64,000 bases of DNA from Eledone cirrhosa (lineage: Eukaryota), in NCBI GenBank assembly GCA_964016885.1, contig OZ024743.1, forward strand, positions 235,042,001 to 235,106,000, written 5' to 3'. The position numbers were made by a program, and so were the translations under genes. Below are positions 13,229 to 28,699 of this stretch, piece by piece. The notes below the pieces were generated by a model. That model saw only the letters and a program-made list of their open reading frames with translations, made no database searches and had not been told where the DNA came from. The first letter of the stretch is position 1. Each line of letters starts with the position of its first letter.

Positions 13229-13489
13229 TGCCAGGAGTTGCGACCAGTAGATAATTTAAGCAATGGAAAGACTAATGGAAACATTGTTTCCTTGGTCTGA
13301 TTTGACGAGCTCCACCTCACTTGGTAAGCGAATGAGCTCTGGGACCTTGTTGATCGATTCCATCAAGCTGACAGGTTTGCATTGGGTTTTGGGGATTACT
13401 TATAGGTGGAACTATATAGTAAGCATATATTAAGGTAAATAATTGTTTTATAGGAAAAAGAGTTTATTGGAGGAAACTTCTGTCATATA

Positions 13490-14030
13490 TTATCATTGCT
13501 TATTAAATTTCTTTGTTCTGTAGCTTCTTTAAAAGTTGCATAAACAATTCCATCTGCTATTTGTAACCATTTGAAACTAGTTGCTCCCTTTTACATTCAA
13601 CAATAATATTCCTCTTTGGGACAGACTGTACATATTCTTTAAATAGTTTTAATGTAACTGCGAATTCTTGGTTTCCACAGTGTAGCCTATCTAATTATAT
13701 TGAACAGATGAGCAGAGCAGGTCTTACACTTGCATAATCTGTTGGTAAGGCATGTATTTTTTTGATTAACAGCTTCTAGTGCTTGTCTCTCATCTCCTTC
13801 AGTGAAGTACACATTCTGCAGCCATATGACTGTGTGTGATTTGTCATGTCTTTTGTTTTCTAAGATTTGCTACATTCCTTCAGCAGCACTAATGTTGGCA
13901 TTTAAGTATTGCAACACTTCATTATGAACAATTTCTGGCTCATTATTAATTTTGCCAATTTGAAGACAATCATGCAATTGTAAGCCCTTATGTGAATATA
14001 TTTGAAGATTTATTTAACTCATTTCACAAA
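13490..14030 (-). mobile_element. Helitron Rep-helicase coding relic
   Basis: Minus-strand pieces NEVLQYLNA, QNVYFTEGDERQALEA, VSPKE and KGATSFKWLQIADGIVYATFKEATEQRNLI resemble, in the same order, the conserved Helitron RepHel linker motifs (DEI..YL.AR; Q.VYF; GPTSFEDLRTVDG..Y.TF.EAC..RGLL). Many stops and frameshifts. Confidence 0.75.
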
Positions 14031-14175
14031 AGATGTAATGATATAATGAACATTTTTAAGTTCGGGGTTGTGTTAAAAGTCAAATGAAAAGATAAAACCA
14101 CTTCATATTTTCAAACTACTAACTTTGGTGTTGTAAAGTAACAAGAATACTTCAAATATTGAGAAATAAGTGTTT

Positions 14176-15202
14176 ATATATATGTTCTTCATATATCCAA
14201 ATTGCAGACATCATATCTATGAAAGAGATAATAATCATACAGAAGGGTGTTTTTCTATTGTTTTCATCTGATATTTCATACTATAGTAGCCAAACAGGAA
14301 ATGACACTTACTAAATTGCCATTCAATATAGCAATTGAGCTTCTTTAGTATAGCCAGGCAGCCTGGAAGGGCTCAACCTTCATCACCAAAAAGTTCAGAC
14401 CAAATTTAGAGATGAATTTGAAAGTGAAGGAATCATAGCTCTGTCTTTTCTCAGAGGCCACATTAGTTGAAATGATTAAATAAATTATGGCAAATTTGAG
14501 ATTTCTTTATCTCATCATAACATTGCTGTGGGAGAAATTGTTGATGAAAACTGCATATTAAATGAAATGTTTCCTCCAAGGATGGTATGATGTGGAGACA
14601 CATTGTGGGTTCGATTCTTGGGCTGGGTTGTGTGTTGTGTTCTTGAGCAAAACACTTCATTTCACATTGCTCCAGTATACTCAGCTGAAAACGAGTACCA
14701 GCAATAGCTGGGGGTTTAGCCCTGTGATGGACTGGCGTCCTGTCTTGTACTCTCAGTCGCTTCATGCCATGAAACCGGGAGAAGCACCAGCCTGATGAGC
14801 CTTCTGGCTTAAACAGACTTAAACATAGAGATGGTATGATAGCATACCACCCAGCTTGTACCTGTTGCCATGGTTATCACCCACTGGCTTCAATATGATA
14901 GGAACTCAAGGTTTAGAAAGGATGTCTTTAATTATTCTATTGACTCTCACATGTCTTGCTAGCCTGCTGCTATTAAATCTGCAAGACAAGCAGTCATAAC
15001 AAAACATGCTACAAGCATACTTATTTTATATATATATATATGTTCTTCATATATCCAAACTGCAGACATCATATCTATGAAAGAGATAATAATCATACAG
15101 AAGGGTGTTTTTCTATTGTTTTCATCTGATATTTCATACTATAGTAGCAGAAAAGGAAAAGACACTTGCTAAGTTGCCATTCAATATAGCAATTGAGCTT
15201 GT
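14176..15202. repeat. About 170-bp dispersed direct duplication (14176-14343 and 15034-15200)
   Basis: tatgttcttcatatatccaaa.tgcagacatcatatctatgaaagagataataatcatacagaaggg...tgccattcaatatagcaattgagctt is present twice. Confidence 0.9.
14604..14822 (+). mobile_element. tRNA-SINE with CORE-like and V-domain-like segments
   Basis: B box ggttcgattc; CORE-like ttcttgagcaaaacacttcatttcacattgctcc; V-domain-like ccctgtgatggactggcgtcctgtc. Confidence 0.7.
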
Positions 15203-15289
15203 CTTCATATGTGAGTAAGAACTTTTTTTCAATGCCTGGTCTGATCTCTACTGCTATGTGTGAGTGTGTACATATGTAATATGTCGATG

Positions 15290-17050
<1,761 letters not shown>

Positions 17051-17094
17051 CATATATATACATATATATATATATATACATATATACACATGGT

Positions 17095-17441
17095 GGAGGC
17101 ACATGGCTTAGTGGTTAGAGCATTGGCCTTGCAATCGAAAGGTTGTGAGTTCAATTCTCAGACCGGGTGATGTGTTGTTTCCTTGAGCAAGACACTTTAT
17201 TTCACATTGCTTCAGTTTACTCAGCTGTAGAAATGAGATGATAAGGACTGGGGCCCCTATCATTCCACTGCAAAGTGGTCGTGGAGGTGCCACGGCATAA
17301 AAGCACCCAGCACTCACTGTAAATGAGGTTGGTGTTAGGAAGGGCATCCAGCTGTAGAAATCAAGCCAGAATCAGTCTCGTCCCACCCTTGCAAGCAGGG
17401 AACAAGCGGACGTAAAATGAAATGATGATGAAATGATGATG
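17095..17441 (+). mobile_element. Full-length tRNA/CORE-like SINE with RTE-derived 3' tail
   Basis: A box (tggcttagtggtt), B box (gagttcaattc), CORE-like block, then the aggaagggcatccagctgtagaaa...ggacgt..aa..gatgatg tail shared with the RTE 3' UTR. Confidence 0.9.
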
Positions 17442-17625
17442 ACATATATATATATACATATATATATATATACACATATATATATATACATATATACACA
17501 TATATATATACATATATACACATATATATATACGTATATATATACATATATATATATACATATATACACATATATATATATATACATATATGCACATATA
17601 TATATATATACATACATATATACAC

Positions 17626-17658
<33 letters not shown>

Positions 17659-17664
17659 TATCTA

Positions 17665-18025
17665 TCGAAGGTGGGTAAAATTCCCGAGATCTATGGACGA
17701 GTTCTCTCCAGCGGTCTCTGTCCCTCATTATCGCTGCCATGTCCTGCGTTTCCAACAGACCAGTGTCTGTCCTTAGGGCATCAACATATGTTAACCTTGG
17801 TCTTCCTCTTCTAGTGTGTCCATGTAGGGGCTCCCAAAGGAGCACTGAGTGCAATGTCAACTCTGGATGTCGGTGAGCATGTCCAGCTAACCTCAGTCTC
17901 CTCTGTGTCACTTTTGAGCTGACTTTTGGGATGCTCCCATACAGCTCTGAGTTTTTCATCCTCAGTGTATACTGATTAATGTTCAGAGCCATCCTCAGCA
18001 TTCTCGTGTAGCACCCATCCACCAC
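17665..18025 (-). mobile_element. 5'-truncated, intact-frame C-terminus of a third RTE-type LINE, inserted in (TA)n
   Basis: [48 protein letters not shown]; about 120 aa with no stops. Confidence 0.85.
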
Positions 18026-18077
18026 ATATATATATACATATATATATATATACATATATACACATATATATATATAC

Positions 18078-18660
18078 ATATAAGTATGTATACATACATA
18101 CATATATGTATACAGACGTACAGTAGTATGTATATATATATACATACATGCACACATATATATATATACGTATGGATTCACCGAACATTTATTATAATGC
18201 TCGGTGTGTTTGTAAACAAACATCCCGAATTAAGCCGTACAGTGTCTAGCAACCATCGTTGCTCATTTGTTCAACACTGACAAAGGAACGCTGTACTAGT
18301 TTCAAGCTTATTAGCTATCGTCAGCAACGTATACCTTCCTGCCAGATGATTGAACGTCTGAAAGTATATACTTTCCTTATGCATATTAACAGCTGAGAAG
18401 CCTAATTTGCATATCGAGTGAGTTAATCAGCTGGGGCACCGAAAGCAATAAACGGAAAAAATGAAACGAAATTTAATTTCTCACTCTTAGTACGGCTGTT
18501 ACTTAAATATAAGTATGTATATGTACATACATATATGTATACAGACGTATAGTAGTATGTATATATATATACTTACATGCACACATATATATATGTACGT
18601 ATGGATTCACCGAACATTTATTATAATGCTCGGTGTGTTTGTAAACAAACATCCCAAATT
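18078..18660 (-). mobile_element. Hammerhead-bearing tandem element, family B (429-bp unit, about 1.35 copies; retrozyme-like)
   Basis: Direct repeats of about 154 bp (18078-18231 and 18507-18660, period 429) flank a unique core containing the hammerhead at 18288-18330. Confidence 0.8.
18288..18330 (-). ncRNA. Minimal type I hammerhead ribozyme motif (family B)
   Basis: Minus strand ACGUUG-CUGACGA-U-AGCU-AAUA-AGCU-U-GAAA-C-UA-GUA-CAGCGU. Stem I has 6 bp with one G-U pair, stem II has 4 bp, stem III is the palindrome ACUAGU, and the cleavage triplet is GUA. Confidence 0.9.
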
Positions 18661-18694
18661 ATACATATATATATATATACATATATACATATAT

Positions 18695-18771
<77 letters not shown>

Positions 18772-18930
18772 CATATATATACATATATATACATACATAT
18801 ACATATATATATGTACATATATATACATATATATATACATATATATATATATATACATATATATACATATATATATACATATATATATACATATATATAT
18901 ACATATATACATATATATACATATATATAT

Positions 18931-19680
18931 ATCATCATCATCATCGTTTAACGTCCATGTTCCACGCTTGCATGGGTTTGGACGGGGGTTTTCCCACTTG
19001 AGGCAAGAGTGGTTGTCTTGCTCGCATAGGACTGTCTGGCGGGTTTTCTACAGCTGGATGCCCTTCCTAACACCAACCACATTTACAGTGTGGGGCTGGG
19101 AGGTTTTTACCGTGTTGCCTACACGGCCACATTACAGCGTGGACTGTCTGGCGTGTTTTCTACAGCTGGATGCCCTTCCTAACACCGACCACATTTACAG
19201 TGTGGGACTGGGAGGTTTTTACCGTGTTGCCTACACGGCCACATTACAGCGTGGACTGTGTGTTTTTTGTCGTGACACCTACACAATCTCATTTGTTTCG
19301 GCCTGGATGTTGTGGCACCAACATAACTTTGCATTGAAAGGGGCGGTGTGGATGAGGTGGGGGTGGTGGGACGGGGGTGTATTTTGTTAGAGATGCCTAC
19401 TGACTGTAGTAGGTTTTACTTTGTATTTAGGTAAGGCGGGTCTTCTCTATTACTGAGTACCGCCAGAGGTCTCGGTCCAGTGACATTGTCTTGGAGAGGT
19501 GTAAGTGTGTGAGGTCGGAATTTATCAGCTCGTCCCAGGTTTTTCTGGGTCTGCCTACTCCGTGGCTACCATCTATCTTTATTGCCCTGCACTTTGTTAT
19601 ACAGCTGTCGTCTTTCATGCGCATCACGTGACCATACCAACGTAGCCTTCTCTCGAGTAAACAACATCTGATCCCTCTTA
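18931..19680 (-). mobile_element. 5'-truncated young copy of the RTE at 157-3815 (last ~750 bp)
   Basis: The reverse complement is nearly identical to 3063-3815, including [30 protein letters not shown] and the duplicated 111-bp UTR unit. Confidence 0.95.
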
Positions 19681-19766
19681 TATATATACATATATCTATA
19701 TATATACATATATACATATTTATATATATATACATATATACATATTTATATATATATAAATGTACA

Positions 19767-19810
<44 letters not shown>

Positions 19811-19961
19811 CGTATTTATATATATATATATACATTTTTATATATATATATATATACATTTTTATATATATATATATATATACATATTTATATATATATA
19901 TATATACATCTTTATATATATATATATATATACATATTTATATATATATATACATATATAC

Positions 19962-20011
<50 letters not shown>

Positions 20012-20652
20012 ATATATACATATATACATATACATATATATACATATATATACATATATATACATATATATACATATACATATATATACATATATATACA
20101 TATATATACATATATACATATATATACATATATATATACATATATATACATATATACATATACATATATATATATATACATATATACATATATATACATA
20201 TATACATATACATATATATATAGATACATATATACATATATACATATATATATACATATATATACATATATATACATATATATATATACATACATATATA
20301 CATATATATATACATACATATATACATATATATATACATATATATATATAAATATATACATATATATATATATATATAAATATATACATATATATATATA
20401 AATATATACATATATATATATAAATATATACATATATATATATGTAGATAAATCTACCAAGAGTTTACGGTAGTGTCCAAATATATATATATATTTTTAC
20501 ATATATATATATACATATATATTTACATACATATAAACATATATATATATACATATATATATACATACATATATACATATATATATACATATATACATAC
20601 ATATATACATATATACATATATATATACATATATATATATATACATATATAT

Positions 20653-20683
<31 letters not shown>

Positions 20684-21023
20684 TACATATATATATACAT
20701 ATATACATATATATATATACATATATATACATACATATAATATATATACATATACACATATATATATATACATATACACATATATATATACATATACACA
20801 TATATATATATATATATATACACATATATATATACATATATACACATATATATATACATATATATATATATATACACATATATATATATATACATATACA
20901 CACATATATATATACATATATATATATATACATATACATATAAACATATACATATATACATATATACATATATACATATATATACATATACATATATATA
21001 CATATACATATATATACATATAC

Positions 21024-21085
<62 letters not shown>

Positions 21086-21364
21086 ATATATATGTATACA
21101 TATACATATACATATATATATATATACATATACATATACATATATATATATATATTTATTGATATTTTATTTGAGTGACCCGAATCTTCCTGGTCGTTCT
21201 TTTTCGGCTGTACGGGTGATTTTAGGCATAATCTCTATGTGTTGGTAATTTAACGATGGTTATAGCTCTGATTTATCCAAATTATTGAGCCCTCTGCCAC
21301 TCATATCGGATAATGTTTATCGTTAATTCGTGAGCTGATTTTCCGATACTCGATTATTCTATTA

Positions 21365-21426
<62 letters not shown>

Positions 21427-21452
21427 CATATCTTCTTTCTTCTCATGTTTTT

Positions 21453-21598
<146 letters not shown>

Positions 21599-21602
21599 GA
21601 TT

Positions 21603-21652
<50 letters not shown>

Positions 21653-21663
21653 CATATATATAC

Positions 21664-21702
<39 letters not shown>

Positions 21703-21706
21703 GATT

Positions 21707-21756
<50 letters not shown>

Positions 21757-21783
21757 CATATATATACATATATATATATATAC

Positions 21784-21814
<31 letters not shown>

Positions 21815-21931
21815 CATATATATACATATATATATATATACATATATATATATACATATACATATATATATACATATATATATATACATATACATATATA
21901 TATACATATATATATATATACATATATATAC

Positions 21932-21978
<47 letters not shown>

Positions 21979-22116
21979 CATATATATATACATATACATA
22001 TATATACATATATATATATATACACATATATATCCGTCCCACCCTTGCAAGCAGGGAAAAGCGGACGTAAAATGATGATGATGATGATGATGATATATAT
22101 ACATATATATATATAC

Positions 22117-22251
<135 letters not shown>

Positions 22252-22264
22252 CATATATATATAC

Positions 22265-22315
<51 letters not shown>

Positions 22316-22324
22316 CATATATAC

Positions 22325-22357
<33 letters not shown>

Positions 22358-22378
22358 CATATATACATATATATATAC

Positions 22379-22427
<49 letters not shown>

Positions 22428-23019
22428 CATATACATATATATACATATATATATATATATATATGAGAGTATTGAAGTTTGCTTGAAGCATTGTGGAACA
22501 ATAAGTAAATATTTATAAGTCGTTTGGAAGCCTCGACAATGCAAATGGGTAAATCTCCGGGTAACAAGGTCCGGTGGTGGAGAGAGAGAGATATGTAAGT
22601 GGGTGTACGTTGAGATGCGTGGTGTGTATAAGATGTGTGAGATGTGTAGAATGAAGGGAAGAGTGAAAGGGTAAAAATAATAACAACACAAGAGAGAGAG
22701 AGTAACCTTGGGAGAGATTTAATAGTCCCTATATATTTCGGATTCACATCCATCAACTGGGGGTTTTTTTCCGGGGTGGGGAAAAGGTTGTCTGTCGGAC
22801 AATTCGGAACGCGTCTTTCGCTAAGAACAAAAGATGGTTAAAGGAGTTCCATGTATTTTATTATGCGCATTTCATATACATATATATATATATGTAGGAG
22901 GTGAGTTTTATTGTAGTACAATAAAGCAATGCAGATATTGGATAAGAAGCACTCTACAGTTTGTAGGACTGGAGTATACATAATATATAAGATCAAATGA
23001 TGGTTAAAGGAGTTCCATG

Positions 23020-23090
23020 TATTTTATTATGCGCATTTCAAAAACAAACATCATCATGCAATAATATTTGTGTTTTCATCAGATAAAACA
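23020..23090 (-). ncRNA. Type I hammerhead ribozyme motif (family A, inverted copy)
   Basis: Reverse complement of the 16841-16911 motif. Confidence 0.85.
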
Positions 23091-24252
23091 GGAGGACATG
23101 ATATGAAGGCTAAAAAACACTTGTGGATAGTGCAGTTTTGAATCAACATATGGGAAGTAATTTTAGATTGATGTGTGATATTGGGAAAAATATTTTATTT
23201 AGAGAGGGGGGGTGGAAAGGATGAAAAAAGGGGAGGAGATGAGAGTGAAGGTGGAGAGGGAGAGATGGGTGATAGAGAGAAAGAGATAGTTTTTATAACT
23301 GAGAAAAGATATATTGTTTTACATAGAGAGGTTGAAAACCGTTGGAAGATAATGTATAAATTAAAAGAATTTGAAAATTAACGAAGGGAAAAATATGTAC
23401 GAAGAAGGAGAGGAAGTTAATATGTATTGAGATTAAAAAGTTTGATGATAGAGAGAATAGAATAATGGATATACATATACATACACCTCTTTTAAAATAT
23501 ACCCATCTTCCTACCTTACTTCAAAGGGTATTATACACTCTATAATACTTGTTTACTCATTACCCTCACTCTATCTTCACCTTGTAAAATCCTTCGTAAC
23601 ATATACATTTGTTTTGACGCCAGATTATTCATCCTTAATTTATTATTTTTTTCTCCCCATCATCTAACTCATTTTTAATACATATTAACTCTTTCTTCGC
23701 ACATATTATCAATTCCTTCAATATACAAACCTTAACTTCACATTATTTTTCTCAAATCCTTCAATACACAAACCTTAATAATTTTTTCTTAATAATTCTC
23801 TTCGTTAATTTTCAAATCTCCATAATACTTGTAAACATACACACATTTTTTTGACGTTAGAATATTCATCCGCAATCCATTATTCTATTCTCTCTATCAT
23901 CAAACTTTTTAATCTCAATACATATTAACTCCCTCTCCTTCTTCGTACATATTTTTCCCTTCGTTAATTTTCAAATTCTTTTAATTTATACATTATCTTC
24001 CAACGGTTTTCAACCTCTCTATGTAAAACAATATATCTTTTCTCAGTTATAAAAACTATCTCTTTCTCTCTATCACCCATCTCTCCCTCTCCACCTTCAC
24101 TCTCATCTCCTCCCCTTTTTTCATCCTTTCCACCCCCTCTCTAAATAAAATATTTTTCCCAATATCACACATCAATCTAAAATTACTTCCCATATGTTGA
24201 TTCAAAACTGCACTATCCACAAGTGTTTTTTAGCCTTCATATCATGTCCTCC

Positions 24253-24323
24253 TGTTTTATCTGATGAAAACACAAATATTATTGCATGATGATGTTTGTT
24301 TTTGAAATGCGCATAATAAAATA
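24253..24323 (+). ncRNA. Type I hammerhead ribozyme motif (family A)
   Basis: Same sequence as 16841-16911; CTGATGA at 24261-24267 and GAAA at 24304-24307. Confidence 0.85.
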
Positions 24324-24823
24324 CATGGAACTCCTTTAACCATCTTTTGATCTTATATATTATATACATATATATATATATATACATATATATACATATA
24401 TATATACATATATATATACATATATATACATATATACATATATATATACATATATATATATACATATATATATATACATATATATATACATATATATATA
24501 TACATATATATATACATATATATATATACATATACAGATATATATACATATATACATATACAGATATATATACATATATATATACAGATATATATACATA
24601 TATATATACATATATATACATATATATATATACATATATATATACATATATATATACATATATATATATACATATATATATACATATATATATATACATA
24701 TATATATATACATATATATATACATATATATATACATATATATATACATATATATATATACATATATATATACATATATATATACATATATATATATACA
24801 TATATATATATACATATATATAC

Positions 24824-24872
<49 letters not shown>

Positions 24873-24879
24873 CATATAC

Positions 24880-25280
<401 letters not shown>

Positions 25281-25281
25281 C

Positions 25282-25352
<71 letters not shown>

Positions 25353-25444
25353 CATATCTATATATATATATACATATCTATATATATATATACATATATA
25401 TATAGCGTGGAAGAACGGGCGTAAAACGGTGATGATGATGATGG

Positions 25445-26045
25445 TAACGGGTTGTCCTTTGTGAGCAGTGTCCAGTCAGCTGACCTTGTCTTGCTCATAC
25501 AGGAACTGATTCTGGCTTGATTTCTACAGCTGGATGCCCTTCCTAACACCAACCTCATTTACAGTGAGTGTTGGGCGCTGTTTTCCATGGCGCCTACATG
25601 TCCACTTTACAGTGTAGGCTGGGTGCTTTTTTGCCATGTCATCTCCACGACCACTTTGCAGTGGGAGGGTGTGGGTGCATATTGACTATATGCTTCAGCT
25701 TCGGCTTGTTCATGTGTGGGGGGTGGGGGTCTTCTGTATTACTGCATGACGCCAGAGGTCACGGTCGTGTGTCATTGCTCTTGAGAGGTGCAATTGTGTA
25801 AGGTTAGCCTTTATCACCTCATCCCAGGTTTCTTGTGCCTCCCGACTCCGCGGCTTCCATCGACATCTAGTGCTCTGCACCTTTTTATGCAGCTGTCATC
25901 CTTCATGCGCATCACATGTCCATACCAACATAACCTCCTCTCCTGCACACAGCATTTGATTCCTCTGATGCTCAGTCTCTCTCTCAATTCGTTTATACTT
26001 TGCTGTTCACGTATATTACTATTACATATCCATCGGAGCATGCAA
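25445..26045 (-). mobile_element. RTE 3' fragment (C-terminus and UTR)
   Basis: MLRWICNSNIREQQSINELRERLSIRGIKCCVQERRLCWYGHVMR on the minus strand, followed by UTR subunits. Confidence 0.85.
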
Positions 26046-26060
26046 TATATATATATATAT

Positions 26061-27546
26061 ATTGACGAATATAGGGTACAAGAGGCAATTAAGGAAATGA
26101 AAAATGGTAAGGCTGCTGGACCATCGGGGATAGTTGCTGAGATGCTGAAGGCATCAGGAGAAGTAGGCACTAAACTAGTTGCACGCATCATTAATCAAGC
26201 TAAATATGGTGGTGTCATACCCAAAGACTGGTGCAGCAGTATTCTCATAAATTGCTACAAAGATAAAGGGGATGCTCTAGAGAGGAGCAATTATAGGGGC
26301 ATAAAGCTGATGGATCAGGTTATGAAAGTGGCAGAGAGAATATTAGCGCAACTGATTAGAGAAAGGGTCAAATCAGATGAGATGCAGTTTGGTTTTGTTC
26401 TTTGTGAGGCAACTACAAGAGAGGTTCTTAGAGAATAAGCCACTATACTTAGCTTTTGTTGACCTAGAGAAGCCCTTTGATAGTTTCCTTAGGGACCACC
26501 AGAGTGTACCCTAAGTGTAGAGGAATGGCTTATGAGGACAGTGCAAGCTATGTACAGGGGTGCTGTCAGTAAAGTGAGAATACAAATGGAGTTTAGTGAG
26601 GAATTTCAGATACAAGTAAGTGTACATCAGGGTTCGGACCTCAGCCTGCTCTTGTTCATTATAGTCCTCCAAGCCACAACAGAGGAGTTTAAGACTGGAT
26701 GCCCATGGGAACTTCTCTATGCTGATGATCTGGTTCTTATAGCAGAATCAGTAGAGGAGCTAGAGAATAAATTCTGGCTATGGAAACATCAGTTGGAATC
26801 AAGAGGCCTGAGAGTGAACATAGCTAAAACAAAACTATGTATGCAGTAGATGTACAGGGAAAGTTGGCAGTAGTAATCACAGTGATAGACACATTTTACC
26901 AATGCAGGTAGGTTCTATAGAAGTGGTTGATAGCTTCTGGTACCTAGGTGATCAGATTAGCATGGGAGGCGGGTGTTCTGAGGCCATAGTATCTAGAATA
27001 AGGATGGGTTGGAAGAAGTTTAGGGAGCTGCTTCCTCTGTTGACAAAGAAGGGTTTCTCCCTGCGTACAAAAGGCCGGTTATATGATGCCTGTGTGAGAT
27101 GCGCGATGCTGCATGGTAGTGAGACATGGGCAGCAACTGCAGAGGATATGCGACGGCTGGAGAGAAATGAAGCAAGTATGCTCAGTTGGATGTGCAATAT
27201 CAATGTGCGTGAATGACCAAGCATGAACGAGTTGAGAAAGAAACTGGGTATAAGAGGGATAAGTTGTGGTGTGCAGGAGAGAAGGCTGAGATGGTATGGA
27301 CATGTGATGCGCATGGAGGATGACCGCTGGGTAAAGAAGTGCCAAGAAATCCCAGTAGAAGAAAAACGCAGTAGAGGTAGACCACGAAAAAAATGGGTGG
27401 AGGTGGTGAGAGCAGACCTCAGATTGCTGAAACTCACCAAGGAGATGACGAAGGACCGTGACAAGTGAAGAGATGTTGCGCTGAATAGGACCCGTCCAAC
27501 TCTTGCAAGCAGGGAAAAGCGGACGTAAAATGATGATGATGATGAT
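26061..27546 (+). mobile_element. Decayed RTE copy (RT to tail)
   Basis: [44 protein letters not shown] and a (GAT)n tail, with internal deletions. Confidence 0.92.
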
Positions 27547-28699
27547 ATATATATATACATCATCATAGTTTAACGTCCATTTTTTCATGCTAGTATTGGT
27601 TAGACGAGTTGTCCTGTTGTGAGAAATGCCAGGTCAAGTTACCATGCCTTGCTCATACAGAACTGATTTTGGCTTGGTTTTTACAGCTGGATGCCCTTCC
27701 TAACGCTAACCACATTTACAGTAAGTACTGGGTGCTTTTTGTTGTGACACTTACACAACCACTTTACAGTGTGGGTTGGAGGCTTCACTCAATGTATGCT
27801 TCAGCTTGTCCTCATGAGAGATATATGGAAAGTTGTGGTGGAGTGGAGTGGGGAATGGGACATACTATATATATATGCTACAGCTTCAGCCTATGCCCAT
27901 GTGAAGGCGGATCTTCTGTGTATATATATATATAAATATGAGTGTGTATGTAATTATTCGTTCATGGGCTTGGAATATTACATTGATATATACATATATT
28001 TGTGAAGACTAAACTAGATATGTTATATATTTCGTCCATATGTTATATATGTCGTTATTTTGTTACATATTTTAAGAAATATTTCAACGTTTTAAGAAAA
28101 TATTTTGTAGTTTTCCCGCCAACATCCTGTTGGCTGACAGTAGCATTTGAAGCTAAGGGAGAGAGGAGGGCAGATTAAAAGCTAGGGATGGCATATAAAT
28201 TATGTTAGCGTGTGTGTGTGTGAATGTGTACATGTGTAATGTCAATGTATATGTATATATATATATATTTAAAATGAAGAAAAACCAAGATTAACAAATC
28301 TATTCTTTAATTTCTACATATGTTTCTATACAGGTGATAATGGTACATGTATATGTAAACAATAAGTTAATTAGAAACAGTTAATTAGCAATTATTTACA
28401 CAAAACATAATACATATAACATCCGCATATTATCGGGAATTATAAAAAGAGATAAAGTTTAACCAAACACAAATCATATCAAATATTGGACATTGGCAAG
28501 CATATAACGAAGAAAATATGCGGAGCAGATTTTATGTGCAAAGTTATAAAAGATTGTGTTTTTAGGTTGAGGTAAAAAGCAGTACATCATTATTATTATT
28601 AATATTATTATTATTATTATTATTATTTCTTGTAACAGTTAGAAGAATATTCATTGGTGGTTAAATAATATCAGAAAGCAAGAAGTGTATGCATTTATG

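Larger units (their letters stand above)
22894..24362. mobile_element. ORF-less hammerhead-bearing element, family A, copy 2, with long inverted arms
   Basis: About 22985-23468 is the reverse complement of about 23876-24362; each arm carries one hammerhead; flanked by (TA)n. Confidence 0.85.

Noticed and set aside
14788-14820. CTGATGA-gcc-ttct-ggc hairpin
   Set aside because: It lacks GAAA and stems I and III; it is the 3' end of a V-domain-like SINE.
18400-18415. Octamer ATTTGCAT as a promoter element in family B
   Set aside because: A single 8-mer in AT-rich DNA with no supporting proximal element.
28305-28345. Minus-strand GAAAC-ATAT-GTA half-hammerhead
   Set aside because: No CUGANGA or stem II upstream; too short to support a call.
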